From assembly GCA_018920245.1 (NCBI GenBank), contig JAHLMS010000003.1, positions 4,588 through 44,881 on the forward strand: a DNA stretch of 40,294 nucleotides. Direction: 5' to 3'. The translations under genes and the position numbers were made by a program. Under the pieces are notes generated by a model, which worked only from the letters and a program-made list of their open reading frames with translations, had not been told where the DNA came from and did not search any database. Position 1 is the stretch's first letter. Every line of letters begins with the position of its first letter. This DNA is from Candidatus Aenigmatarchaeota archaeon (GTDB lineage: Archaea; Aenigmatarchaeota; Aenigmatarchaeia; Aenigmatarchaeales; JAHLMS01). Shown in pieces: positions 26,869 through 35,211 of the stretch.

Positions 26869-28050
26869 TTACGAAAAAGACCATTTCTTTTTCTCAGGTT
26901 TAATCTTGCGCAGCGCCGTGCGAACTTTTTCTTCTGCCGCCTTTGCGGCCTTCGGGCTGTTGCCGATACCGCATGTGTTTCCTACACCCATTATCAGTAT
27001 GCGCTCGCGGCGGTCTGCACGTCTAACCGCTTCTTCCACCGCTGATATTGCATCATGAACCGAGGCAAGCACGTTTTTGTGCATAGGCGAAAGGGCCTCC
27101 TCCTCATTGACCTTTATCACGACAGCATCCAACGGTATTCCATGTTTAACCGCGAACTCCTCTATCTCGTAGCGGTCCACACCAGTGCCGCCCATAGCAA
27201 CACCAACACCTTCTGCCACGCTACCGGTCTTCTCACCTTCCAATCTTAGTCCAGCATCGATAGTGATTATCCTATCTATGCGCTCCCTTTTGGTGAGTTT
27301 AATAAGGAATTTGCCAGGATAGCCCGTGCTGGCGCCAGGGCCGGCCGCTTTTGCCACAAGGACCTTTCTGCCCGCCACTGTTGATTTGGAAACAGCAAAT
27401 TCTTCATCTGCAAAAATCTTTGGCTTGCCCTGCATGAGATGTGCAGCAACCAGCGATCCTATACCATCACCAATGGGTACACCATCAACGAACGCACCTG
27501 TTGCTGCCTCTGCAGCCTTTGCCATCTGGCGTATCAGCGGCAGCTGCATCTGGAAGATCAGCGCGAGCTGGTATATTTTGTATTTCTTTATGAGCTCAAG
27601 GAAGTGTCGCACGACCTTGGCTATTTGGTGCACGGTCATCGCGCCGGCAAGCGCGTTCTTCACGTTCGCTGCCTGCTCCGCATTCAGGTCAGGAGCTATT
27701 TGCTTCACAAACCACTTGAAGCGCGCATCCGACTGCCGCACTACCATGTCTATTTTGCGTATTATTCCATAAGGATCAACGCTGACTGGAGATACAGAAA
27801 AGAAGTCCATGAATTTTCCTATTCGTGAACGAAGCAACGGGGTTGGTTTCTTTGAGATGAATTTTGCAATCCTTTCACGGCTGTGGTTTGCCATAGTCTC
27901 CAGTTCACTCACATCCTTTTCCAGCTTTAACACAGTCTGGGCGATCATGAGCCGCGGTCCGAATATTATGAACATTAAGAAAATCAGAAACCATAGTATT
28001 GTCGATATGAGGTCTGTCTGACCTCCAATTTGTGCAAGCATAGCAATCAC
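26869..28050 (-). CDS. DUF1512 family archaeal protein
   Basis: PVSVDPYGI, PIGDGIG, IDAGLRLEGEKTGSVAEGVGVAMGG and GVGNTCGI motifs. Confidence 0.85.
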   Translation of the reverse strand: MIAMLAQIGGQTDLISTILWFLIFLMFIIFGPRLMIAQTVLKLEKDVSELETMANHSRERIAKFISKKPTPLLRSRIGKFMDFFSVSPVSVDPYGIIRKIDMVVRQSDARFKWFVKQIAPDLNAEQAANVKNALAGAMTVHQIAKVVRHFLELIKKYKIYQLALIFQMQLPLIRQMAKAAEAATGAFVDGVPIGDGIGSLVAAHLMQGKPKIFADEEFAVSKSTVAGRKVLVAKAAGPGASTGYPGKFLIKLTKRERIDRIITIDAGLRLEGEKTGSVAEGVGVAMGGTGVDRYEIEEFAVKHGIPLDAVVIKVNEEEALSPMHKNVLASVHDAISAVEEAVRRADRRERILIMGVGNTCGIGNSPKAAKAAEEKVRTALRKIKPEKKKWSFS

Positions 28051-28066
28051 TTGTATCTCACCCTAT

Positions 28067-28651
28067 TTAAATGTTGAAATAAGCGAGGATGGTGAGCAGG
28101 GCGCCAGCTGTTATCGGAACAGTGATATTGTCGTCTATTCGCGGTAATGCTTCTATCGTCATCGTTATCCAAGCTGTCAAGAAGGCTCGCAATGGATTCA
28201 CAAAAAAGAGGAGAACTAAAAAGGCCGACAGCCAGAACGTTATCGAACCTTCCCAGCTCTTTTTTGGGTTGACTGGAAGCTTGTGCCTGCCGAAATAAAA
28301 ACCAATTACAGTGGATGCCGAGTCCGCGAGAGCCAGAACAGCTATCGCCGCAGCAGCCGCCACCACATCGAACAGCAATATTGAGATAGTTGCTCCTGTA
28401 TAAAATGTTATGGCGCCCATCAATGGCCTCTCGCCGGAACGCTCATAACCTATGGCGAAACTCTCGGCAAGCCTGTCCATACCAGTTGCTGGTCTGTGTC
28501 TTTTGCGCCTCCAGAATGCCCATAGCACAAAAAATGCTAGCACAGCTACTGTGACAATTGCACCAATCCATTTTCCCCACCACAGCAGCGGAATTATGCT
28601 TATTATGCCTGCAGCATGAACTGCCTGCCTACGCAACTCGAACCAGTCCAT
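28067..28651 (-). CDS. CTP-dependent polyprenol kinase (SEC59/DGK1/VTE5 family)
   Basis: ELRRQAVH, ADSASTVIG..FG, KKSWEGS and DDNITVP motifs. Confidence 0.9.
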   Translation of the reverse strand: MDWFELRRQAVHAAGIISIIPLLWWGKWIGAIVTVAVLAFFVLWAFWRRKRHRPATGMDRLAESFAIGYERSGERPLMGAITFYTGATISILLFDVVAAAAAIAVLALADSASTVIGFYFGRHKLPVNPKKSWEGSITFWLSAFLVLLFFVNPLRAFLTAWITMTIEALPRIDDNITVPITAGALLTILAYFNI

Positions 28652-28655
28652 AATT

Positions 28656-28985
28656 TCACTTCTTCTTGAATGCTGCCCTGAAAGGCCATGTTATCAGTTT
28701 TAAAAAATAGAGTATGAAGTGCAGGAACTCATAGACGATAATGAGGCCTATACCGGCGAGAGCGAACTTTATGCCCATGTCCACTGTTGTTGGTATGACA
28801 AAAGGCAATGATATGCCGAGATAGGCAGCAACTCCATTGATTATCCATGGGAAAGCAAATCCTATCATTCCGGCTATGCTTGCCCTCACAAGTAACTTGA
28901 ACAACTTGTAGAGCACGAACAGCGAGATGATGAAAACTATCGCCACCATGGCAACCTCGGGCGTGAGCCAAGTCGGCAATACCAT
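28656..28985 (-). CDS. Hypothetical membrane protein
   Basis: Three hydrophobic segments; in line with downstream genes. Confidence 0.75.
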   Translation of the reverse strand: MVLPTWLTPEVAMVAIVFIISLFVLYKLFKLLVRASIAGMIGFAFPWIINGVAAYLGISLPFVIPTTVDMGIKFALAGIGLIIVYEFLHFILYFLKLITWPFRAAFKKK

Positions 28986-29047
28986 AACAAGTTATTGGCT
29001 TGTCTGTTTAAAAAGTTTTATTAGTGTTTTCTGACAATATACAGGCC

Positions 29048-29674
29048 ATGCCAAGGGCCAAAATAATAATCATTGGCACATCCCACATCTCACCCCAGTC
29101 CGTTGAAGCTACGCGGGATAGAATACTTCGCGAGCAGCCTGATTGTGTGGCTATTGAGCTTGATCCTATACGTTATAGGGCGTTGCAGCACCCGCAACCG
29201 CCTAGCATACGTGCAGGCGCCACTGCATGGCTTCTGCACACGCTGCAGAATCGTCTCAGTAAGGCCACAGGTGTCCTTCCAGGAAGCGAGATGCTTGCAG
29301 CCATAAATACTGCAAAGGAAATCGGAGCGGACATTGTTCTCATAGACATGTCTATAGAACGTATACTAGCAGAGATGCGTGCTGTGCCCATGATGCGCAA
29401 GTTCAGCATGCTCTTACATCTCTTGGTCAGCGCGACTTTTGGACAAAAGACCGTTAATCTCTCGGACGTGCCAGACGAACGGTTGGTGCGGCAAGTGCTC
29501 AGATACATGTCAAAGAAAATGCCTGATTTCTACAAGATACTCGTGACCGAGCGCAATGCCTATATGGCTAAATGGGTGCGCGAGCTGGCAAAGAAGCACA
29601 AGAAGATAGTTGTCGTTGTTGGTATGGCCCATGTCGCAGGTCTTAGTAAGCTTTTAAAGGTACGGGCAAAATAA
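29048..29674 (+). CDS. TraB/PrgY domain protein
   Basis: IGTSHIS, VAIELD..R, PGSEM, ERNAYM and VVGMAH motifs. Confidence 0.92.
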   Translation: MPRAKIIIIGTSHISPQSVEATRDRILREQPDCVAIELDPIRYRALQHPQPPSIRAGATAWLLHTLQNRLSKATGVLPGSEMLAAINTAKEIGADIVLIDMSIERILAEMRAVPMMRKFSMLLHLLVSATFGQKTVNLSDVPDERLVRQVLRYMSKKMPDFYKILVTERNAYMAKWVRELAKKHKKIVVVVGMAHVAGLSKLLKVRAK

Positions 29675-29680
29675 TTCAAC

Positions 29681-30250
29681 ATGAATTTCAGCCGCATAGA
29701 GCTCAGGGACCTTGCGATATCTGCAATTGTTCTCGGTTTTGCACTTGGAGGTTTCGAAGGATTCTTTCAGGCGCTACTCATAGTAGCCATAGTATTCCTG
29801 AGCCACGAGGTGCTCGGGCATAAGCTGGTAGCGCAGCACTACGGTTGCTTTGCGGAATACCGCATGTGGCCGATGGGACTAATGCTCGCGCTAATAACAT
29901 CCTTCTTCGGCTTCATATTCGCAGCTCCCGGCGCTGTCTATATCTCACCCGTGACGAAACAACGTTTTGCATTCACGGTCGTGCATCTTACGAGGCGCGA
30001 ACATGGATTAATATCAATAGCAGGTCCAGCACTCAACATAGCTATGGGCATTGTCATGCTTGCAGCAAGTATCGTCTGGCCTATAGCCTTGTTCATGCTT
30101 GCCGCGCGCTTCTCAGCCTTCCTTGCAATATTCAACCTTCTTCCAATACCACCGCTGGACGGACAGAAGGTGCTGGAATGGTCTAAGCTTGCCTGGGCCA
30201 CAGCGATAGCAACGGCTGCATGTCTCTACATAGCCACTATTATTTTCTAA
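29681..30250 (+). CDS. M50 family (site-2) membrane metalloprotease
   Basis: HEVLGH, AAPGAV, ISIAGP and FNLLPIPPLDG motifs. Confidence 0.9.
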   Translation: MNFSRIELRDLAISAIVLGFALGGFEGFFQALLIVAIVFLSHEVLGHKLVAQHYGCFAEYRMWPMGLMLALITSFFGFIFAAPGAVYISPVTKQRFAFTVVHLTRREHGLISIAGPALNIAMGIVMLAASIVWPIALFMLAARFSAFLAIFNLLPIPPLDGQKVLEWSKLAWATAIATAACLYIATIIF

Positions 30251-30610
30251 TTATTTTCTCAGGCCGACCTTCGCTATAAGGCTGAGCGCCACAATGAACC
30301 CGGTTATTCCGAAGGCAACGAGGAGGTTTATGAAGAAGGCCTTGGCGGGCGCCGAAAGCGTGGCGAGCTCAGTTATGCTGGTCATTGCGAACAATATCAC
30401 TGTCAGGGCTGTCACGCCTATCAGCAGGTCCCGTTCCTCTTCCACACGGATGTTCAGTATTGCCACTGCCGCACCACAAATGCCTAGCATGAGCACCGTG
30501 AGTGCCATATCGAAGTTCCACAGTGCAGCTGCTGCTGATATCAGCAATATCGCTAGAAACCAGCCCGTGCCAGCCTCGAGTTTGAAAGGTGTTCTTCTGG
30601 TTTTTGGCAT
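30251..30610 (-). CDS. Hypothetical membrane protein
   Basis: Four hydrophobic segments; LNIRVEE loop. Confidence 0.75.
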   Translation of the reverse strand: MPKTRRTPFKLEAGTGWFLAILLISAAAALWNFDMALTVLMLGICGAAVAILNIRVEEERDLLIGVTALTVILFAMTSITELATLSAPAKAFFINLLVAFGITGFIVALSLIAKVGLRK

Positions 30611-30640
30611 AACAATAAAGGCAAGGACTGCCTTAAAAAA

Positions 30641-31327
30641 CTAACCTTGGTATTCAGCTTCGGACACTTCTCGTAGTCGCTTTGCCTTTTCCGGCCCTAT
30701 ACCTGCGACTTCGCGGAGCTTTTCTTCATCGGCTGTAATCACATTTCTTATTGTCCTGAACCTTTTCAGCAACCTCCGCGCAAGCGTTATCGATATGCCT
30801 GGCAGTCCGGAAACGACATACTCCTGCAGTTCGGCCATCGTCATGCGTGGTTTCTTCTCCCTTATGGCAATGCTTCTTTCTAGGTCTACCTGCTCACGTC
30901 TTGCCAGCCAATATATCATTCCAGCTGTTTCAGTTTCATCAGCTGTCCAGATTATCGGTATGCCCCAGTCAATGGCTATTGTTGCGAGAGCGCCTCGAAT
31001 GGCGTTCGGTGTCAGTCCGCTCCTACCATAGAGGCTGGGGCCCTCGATTATCAGCAGGGGCTTCTCAAAGTTTTCCTTCAGCGCTTTCATCTGGTCGAAC
31101 AGTCGCTTGTCGATGATGCTCGAGATAAAATCATCCGTGACCTTCCGCTCTATGCAGACACGGTCGCTAACGACATAGTCGCCGACGAGCAGCATTCTAG
31201 GCTGGAGCGTGCAATCATATGCAGCGAGCGCGTCGACCACACGGTTCTTGGCCTCTCTGTTGTCCACAAATATTAGTATGCTCTTCTTCGCTCTCGATTC
31301 AGCCAACGCCCTTGACAGTCCACCCAT
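30641..31327 (-). CDS. ERCC4/XPF nuclease-HhH protein (Hef nuclease half)
   Basis: VDNRE, GDY, CIERK..DDF, IIEG and two HhH motifs (LPGI, VAGIG). Confidence 0.94.
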   Translation of the reverse strand: MGGLSRALAESRAKKSILIFVDNREAKNRVVDALAAYDCTLQPRMLLVGDYVVSDRVCIERKVTDDFISSIIDKRLFDQMKALKENFEKPLLIIEGPSLYGRSGLTPNAIRGALATIAIDWGIPIIWTADETETAGMIYWLARREQVDLERSIAIREKKPRMTMAELQEYVVSGLPGISITLARRLLKRFRTIRNVITADEEKLREVAGIGPEKAKRLREVSEAEYQG

Positions 31328-31341
31328 ACAAATCAGTTAAA

Positions 31342-31349
31342 CTTAAATA
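31342..31349 (+). promoter_or_regulatory. TATA box CTTAAATA for the downstream ncRNA
   Basis: Same AAACTTAAATA sequence as upstream of tRNA-Pro(TGG); begins 30 nt before the first base of the terminal stem. Confidence 0.6.
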
Positions 31350-31371
31350 TATCAAAGAATTAATATAAATT

Positions 31372-31476
31372 GTTGCCTGGGAAGATTTCAGCGTTCAGAC
31401 AGAAAGTCTTCGGACTTAATGTCAGCAGCATCTCGTAAGAGAGCTTCAAAGAACATTGGACTTCGGACCGGGCAAC
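31372..31476 (+). ncRNA. Novel structured ncRNA closed by a BHB motif; predicted precursor of an 80-nt circular RNA
   Basis: 9-bp terminal stem GUUGCCUGG/CCGGGCAAC, 4-bp GAAG/CUUC helix with AUU and GGA bulges, cUUCGg and cGUAAg tetraloop arms, GAA/UAA internal loop, own TATA box. Confidence 0.75.
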
Positions 31477-31477
31477 G

Positions 31478-32998
31478 CTATAAGAATTTTTCTAATGTAT
31501 TTTCTTCCTGCATGTGTTTTAAAATTTCCTTCATTGTAGCTTCCTTGCGCCGGGCAATAAAATAGTAAGCCTCGTCGCGCGTACCTTTGGTTAGCAGGAA
31601 AATTATTTTTCCTACCTTTGTCCTACCAACACGGCCTCTGCGTTGAATCATTCTTATTTCAGATGGTACCGGTTCGTAAAATATTGCCACGTCCGCAGAA
31701 GGTACGTGCAGGCCTTCCTCGGATACTGGAGAACCGATAAGGCAATTGTACACGTCCACGTTATAGTCTCGTATGACATCTATCTGTTCCTTCTGGCTCA
31801 TGCCCTTCGAGCCGGCCTGTCCGATAAGGATGGCAGGTCTGCACCCTTCGACCCGTTTGAGGACCTTTTTGATACGCTCGATGTTGTCGCGGTAGTGACT
31901 AAAAACAATTATTTTTAGCTTCGAATTGTTTGCGAGCAGCTTCGAGACCGTTTCTGCCAGCGCGCGCATCTTCGGATGCTCCGCACCTTCCTCGTAGAGT
32001 TTCTCTACAATTTGTATAGCACGCGCTACACCCGGGTTCGCCAGCAGCCTCTTTGCAGAACGTGTATTGTCCTCGGATAGTTTTATGAAATATAATCGCG
32101 TGGCTGCTACGCTCTGCGTTTCCAAAAGTTCTAATGCATGCCAGACCTTCAATACAGTGGCCAATTGCGCAAGAATGTAGTAGCAGGCAGGGTTATGGTC
32201 TGCCTTCAACTCCTGCTGAATACGTTTCTGAGCAACCAATACATCCTTTTTGGAGCGTATGTGAAGGTTGTATTTCTTCAAGGCTTCTAGCGTATCTCTG
32301 AGCACACCTTTCAAAGCATCCTGCGCGTTTTTCATCTGTAGAGGTAGCTCGACCTTGATCCATTCGGTTTCAATCTGCTTGACGTACGGCGTGACGTCAG
32401 CATCAGCCTCGGTTCGTATCTCAACAGCCTCGATGAAAAGATTTTTTCTTATCTCGTTGATTATGATTTCATTGCTCCCCGGACTTGCTGTTAGGCCGAG
32501 GATTCGAGGATTGCTGGCATCTTCGATATATCTCTTTGCGACTGCTGGATAGGCGTATTTTTTGACAGACCTATGGCATTCGTCAACAACGAGCACCGAA
32601 TAGTTGCTCAGGTCAAGTATGCCGCTTGCAATATCATGCTGTATGCATTGTGGGGTTGATATAATGATTCTGGCTGACTTGTATAGTCTGCTGCGCGCAT
32701 CAGGTTTGATCTTGCCTGTTATGAGTACGATGTCTTCTTCCGGTAGGTTGAAGGCGTTCTGAAATGCTTTCTGATGCTGCGCGCAAAGCGGTCGCGTTGG
32801 TGCCATAATCAGCGCGCGAGAGTCGTTGAACTGTTTCAACCTCTCCGCTGCAAGCAATATCGCTATCGCCGTTTTGCCAGTTCCTGTCGGTAGGACGCAG
32901 AGCGTATTCTTGTTCAAAACCGTTGTTAATATGTTCTTCTGATATTCACGCTCCTCTACGGTCTCTGGCTTGAGAAGGGGGTGGCTGACGAACGGCAT
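31478..32998 (-). CDS. hef: Hef/FANCM-like SF2 helicase (helicase half of Hef)
   Basis: REYQ, LPTGTGKT, PTRPL, DECH, LTASPG, YEPVPSEIR and QRRGRVGR motifs; C-terminal PIP-like ENTLEKFL. Confidence 0.94.
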   Translation of the reverse strand: MPFVSHPLLKPETVEEREYQKNILTTVLNKNTLCVLPTGTGKTAIAILLAAERLKQFNDSRALIMAPTRPLCAQHQKAFQNAFNLPEEDIVLITGKIKPDARSRLYKSARIIISTPQCIQHDIASGILDLSNYSVLVVDECHRSVKKYAYPAVAKRYIEDASNPRILGLTASPGSNEIIINEIRKNLFIEAVEIRTEADADVTPYVKQIETEWIKVELPLQMKNAQDALKGVLRDTLEALKKYNLHIRSKKDVLVAQKRIQQELKADHNPACYYILAQLATVLKVWHALELLETQSVAATRLYFIKLSEDNTRSAKRLLANPGVARAIQIVEKLYEEGAEHPKMRALAETVSKLLANNSKLKIIVFSHYRDNIERIKKVLKRVEGCRPAILIGQAGSKGMSQKEQIDVIRDYNVDVYNCLIGSPVSEEGLHVPSADVAIFYEPVPSEIRMIQRRGRVGRTKVGKIIFLLTKGTRDEAYYFIARRKEATMKEILKHMQEENTLEKFL

Positions 32999-33050
32999 GA
33001 TACTTTTTTAAAACACAAACTTAAATACGTTCCAAATACAAATAACTTTC

Positions 33051-33230
33051 GGGCCCGTAGTCTAGCTTGGAGCCCCTTTCTTTTCCCGAAAAGAAAGGCC
33101 CTCGGGTTCAAAGAAAAGGGACGAGCAATAGGATTCCAGCCTTGGGGCACTTCTTTGCCTGATGGCAAAGACATGCACTAGAAGAGCAGGAAAGCTGGTG
33201 ACCTGCGTTCAAATCGCAGCGGGCCCACCA
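33051..33230 (+). tRNA. tRNA-Pro(TGG) with two introns (D-loop about 33071-33128; canonical 37/38 at 33147-33192)
   Basis: GGGCCCG/CGGGCCC plus ACCA; CCAGC/GCTGG anticodon stem with CT-TGG-G; BHB CTTG/CAGG with GGG and AAA bulges; D-loop BHB GCTT/GAGC with GGA and AAT bulges. Confidence 0.92.
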
Positions 33231-33267
33231 TAGAAAAGCATAAATGTTCTCTATACTTTCTTTTGGT

Positions 33268-33888
33268 ATGCACGGAAAATTTCTTGTCATAGAGGGAATG
33301 GACGGCTGTGGCAAATCTACACAGGTCAAGCAACTGGTAAAACTTCTAACGAAGAAAAATATACCATTCCATTTGACAGAAGAACCTTGGACAAAGGGGC
33401 TCAGGCCAATAATTAAAGAGCTTATCTCCTCTGGCACGAAGCTGGATGATGCAGCCCTGGATGCTTTGTTATATACAGCCGACAGGCGCCTGCATATAAA
33501 AAAGGAAATAGAACCTGAGCTGGCTGCTGGCAAGCTCGTCATTTGCGACAGGTATTATCATTCCACGTTCACTTACCAGCAGGTGCAGGGCATCGAATTC
33601 TCATGGTTGCGCGAGATAAACAGATTTTCGATGAAGCCAGACATCACAATAATATTTGATGTGCCACCCGAAACTGCCATCGAACGCCTAGTAAAAGATG
33701 ACAAACGCAAAACATTTGACAAATTTGAGAAGCTTGAATTTTTGAAAAAATTGCGCGCAGCATACCTTGCTCTGCCGGCATTGCTGAAAGACGAAAAGAT
33801 TGTGGTCATTGATGCCAATAGGCCACCGGACAAAGTGTTTGAGGACCTCAAACTCGTGTTGGTCCGCGAACTTGAACTGAAGCTTTGA
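33268..33888 (+). CDS. tmk: Thymidylate kinase
   Basis: IEGMDGCGKSTQ, LLYTADR, ICDRYYHS and KPD motifs. Confidence 0.96.
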   Translation: MHGKFLVIEGMDGCGKSTQVKQLVKLLTKKNIPFHLTEEPWTKGLRPIIKELISSGTKLDDAALDALLYTADRRLHIKKEIEPELAAGKLVICDRYYHSTFTYQQVQGIEFSWLREINRFSMKPDITIIFDVPPETAIERLVKDDKRKTFDKFEKLEFLKKLRAAYLALPALLKDEKIVVIDANRPPDKVFEDLKLVLVRELELKL

Positions 33889-33927
33889 TTCAAAATATAT
33901 TTATCCTTTTGCATGCATATAGCGCGA

Positions 33928-35211
33928 ATGGTAAAAATATCCTATATTGAAAAGGTTAACGCCAAGTCTCCTCCTGACATATCCTATATTTTTAACACCG
34001 ACTCTTTTGTCATTCGGGCGCTTGCCGCGAGCTTTTCGCAGAAATTGAAGCTAGAAGAAGATTGGAAAAAAACGTACGAATATTATAATGAAAACCCAGA
34101 AGAGGCCAAAGAATATGTTAACAGAGTGGTCAAAGGTTACGGCCACAATATACTCCAGGAGATAGATTATGATGCTATTGTCTTTGACGGAATTTCAAGA
34201 TTTGCTACACTTTACTTGTGGAGAAACATAAATACACCAAATGAAACTTATGGTGCTGGTATTGAAACATCCTTTCGAATAGCAAAACCTACAAAATATC
34301 GTGGGGAAGTAGAAGAAATTTATCTTAAATGCCTTGAAGCATATGAAGAATGCTTGAACCGCAATATTCCACCCCAAGATGCACGCTATCTTATTCCAAT
34401 GGGCGCAACAACACGGATGTTGATATCTGCAAATTCAAGGTACTGCAACAAAATAACAAAAGCGGCAGCACAGTGCCCATTACCTGAGCTCCAAAAGATA
34501 TCTAAAAGGTTGAAACAGATTGTTAAAAAAATAGGTTGCGAGACTGATGAAAAAGTGCCTTCTAAATGGGAGTTGTTTGGGGATTCTCAAGAAAAAGATG
34601 TTTCCATCGATATATTCGGTAAGAGCAATGATCCCTTTAGCATTTCCCTTTCAGCTTACATCCGCGGAAGTCTTTCGATGTACGCGGAGCTTGTGCGCCA
34701 GCGGCAGTTGCGCTGGAATATAGAACCTGTAAGCAGGATTGCCGAAAAAGGAAGATTTGTAATACCACCAAGTTTTGACGAAGATGTAAAGAAAATATAT
34801 AAAGAGATAGCGAAGAAAGCTCACGACAATCAAATGGATTTGCTGAGAAAAAAAGATCCTACGTTTGCTTATTATTTGCTTATGGGTCAAGAGGCGACTG
34901 CAGACGTCTATGCGCATAGTGCCGGAGCATTTGAGCTGTCACAAGCCAGGACATGCGGCACAGCGCAATGGGAAATCCGAAATTTTGGCACAGAAGTTGC
35001 GAAGAAACTTGCAAACCTCGGTTATGAGAAAAAGGTTGGACCAAAGTGCTGGAGAGAAGGTATCATCTGTACCGAACCCAATACTTTCAAAACAAAATAC
35101 AACAAATGCCCAGTTCTCTCAAAGAGGACATCTGGCGAAAAATTGAAACTCAACGAAGCATTAGAATTGCTAAAAACAGAATATGAAGTATTTGAGGTCC
35201 AGATTAGCTAA
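33928..35211 (+). CDS. thyX: FAD-dependent thymidylate synthase, tandem-domain type
   Basis: YGHNI, GISR, ETSFR, PPQDARYLIP, ELVRQRQ, AQWEIR and GPKC motifs; directly after tmk. Confidence 0.82.
   Translation: MVKISYIEKVNAKSPPDISYIFNTDSFVIRALAASFSQKLKLEEDWKKTYEYYNENPEEAKEYVNRVVKGYGHNILQEIDYDAIVFDGISRFATLYLWRNINTPNETYGAGIETSFRIAKPTKYRGEVEEIYLKCLEAYEECLNRNIPPQDARYLIPMGATTRMLISANSRYCNKITKAAAQCPLPELQKISKRLKQIVKKIGCETDEKVPSKWELFGDSQEKDVSIDIFGKSNDPFSISLSAYIRGSLSMYAELVRQRQLRWNIEPVSRIAEKGRFVIPPSFDEDVKKIYKEIAKKAHDNQMDLLRKKDPTFAYYLLMGQEATADVYAHSAGAFELSQARTCGTAQWEIRNFGTEVAKKLANLGYEKKVGPKCWREGIICTEPNTFKTKYNKCPVLSKRTSGEKLKLNEALELLKTEYEVFEVQIS

Noticed and set aside
31387-31466. The BHB-flanked RNA as a permuted tRNA-Arg(UCG); the junction reads C-U-UCG-G-U like an anticodon loop
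   Set aside because: No T-arm with G-UUCRA-C and a 5-bp stem, no D-loop GG, no 7-bp acceptor stem, and the implied anticodon stem has two mismatches
31372-31476. The same RNA as 5S rRNA, SRP RNA, C/D guide, or hammerhead/hairpin ribozyme
   Set aside because: It lacks the 5S CCGAAC loop, the SRP helix-8 CAGG-GNRA-AGCA arrangement (only a loose UCAG...AGCAG resemblance), RUGAUGA/CUGA boxes and ribozyme cores; a covariance search is still needed to exclude a divergent member
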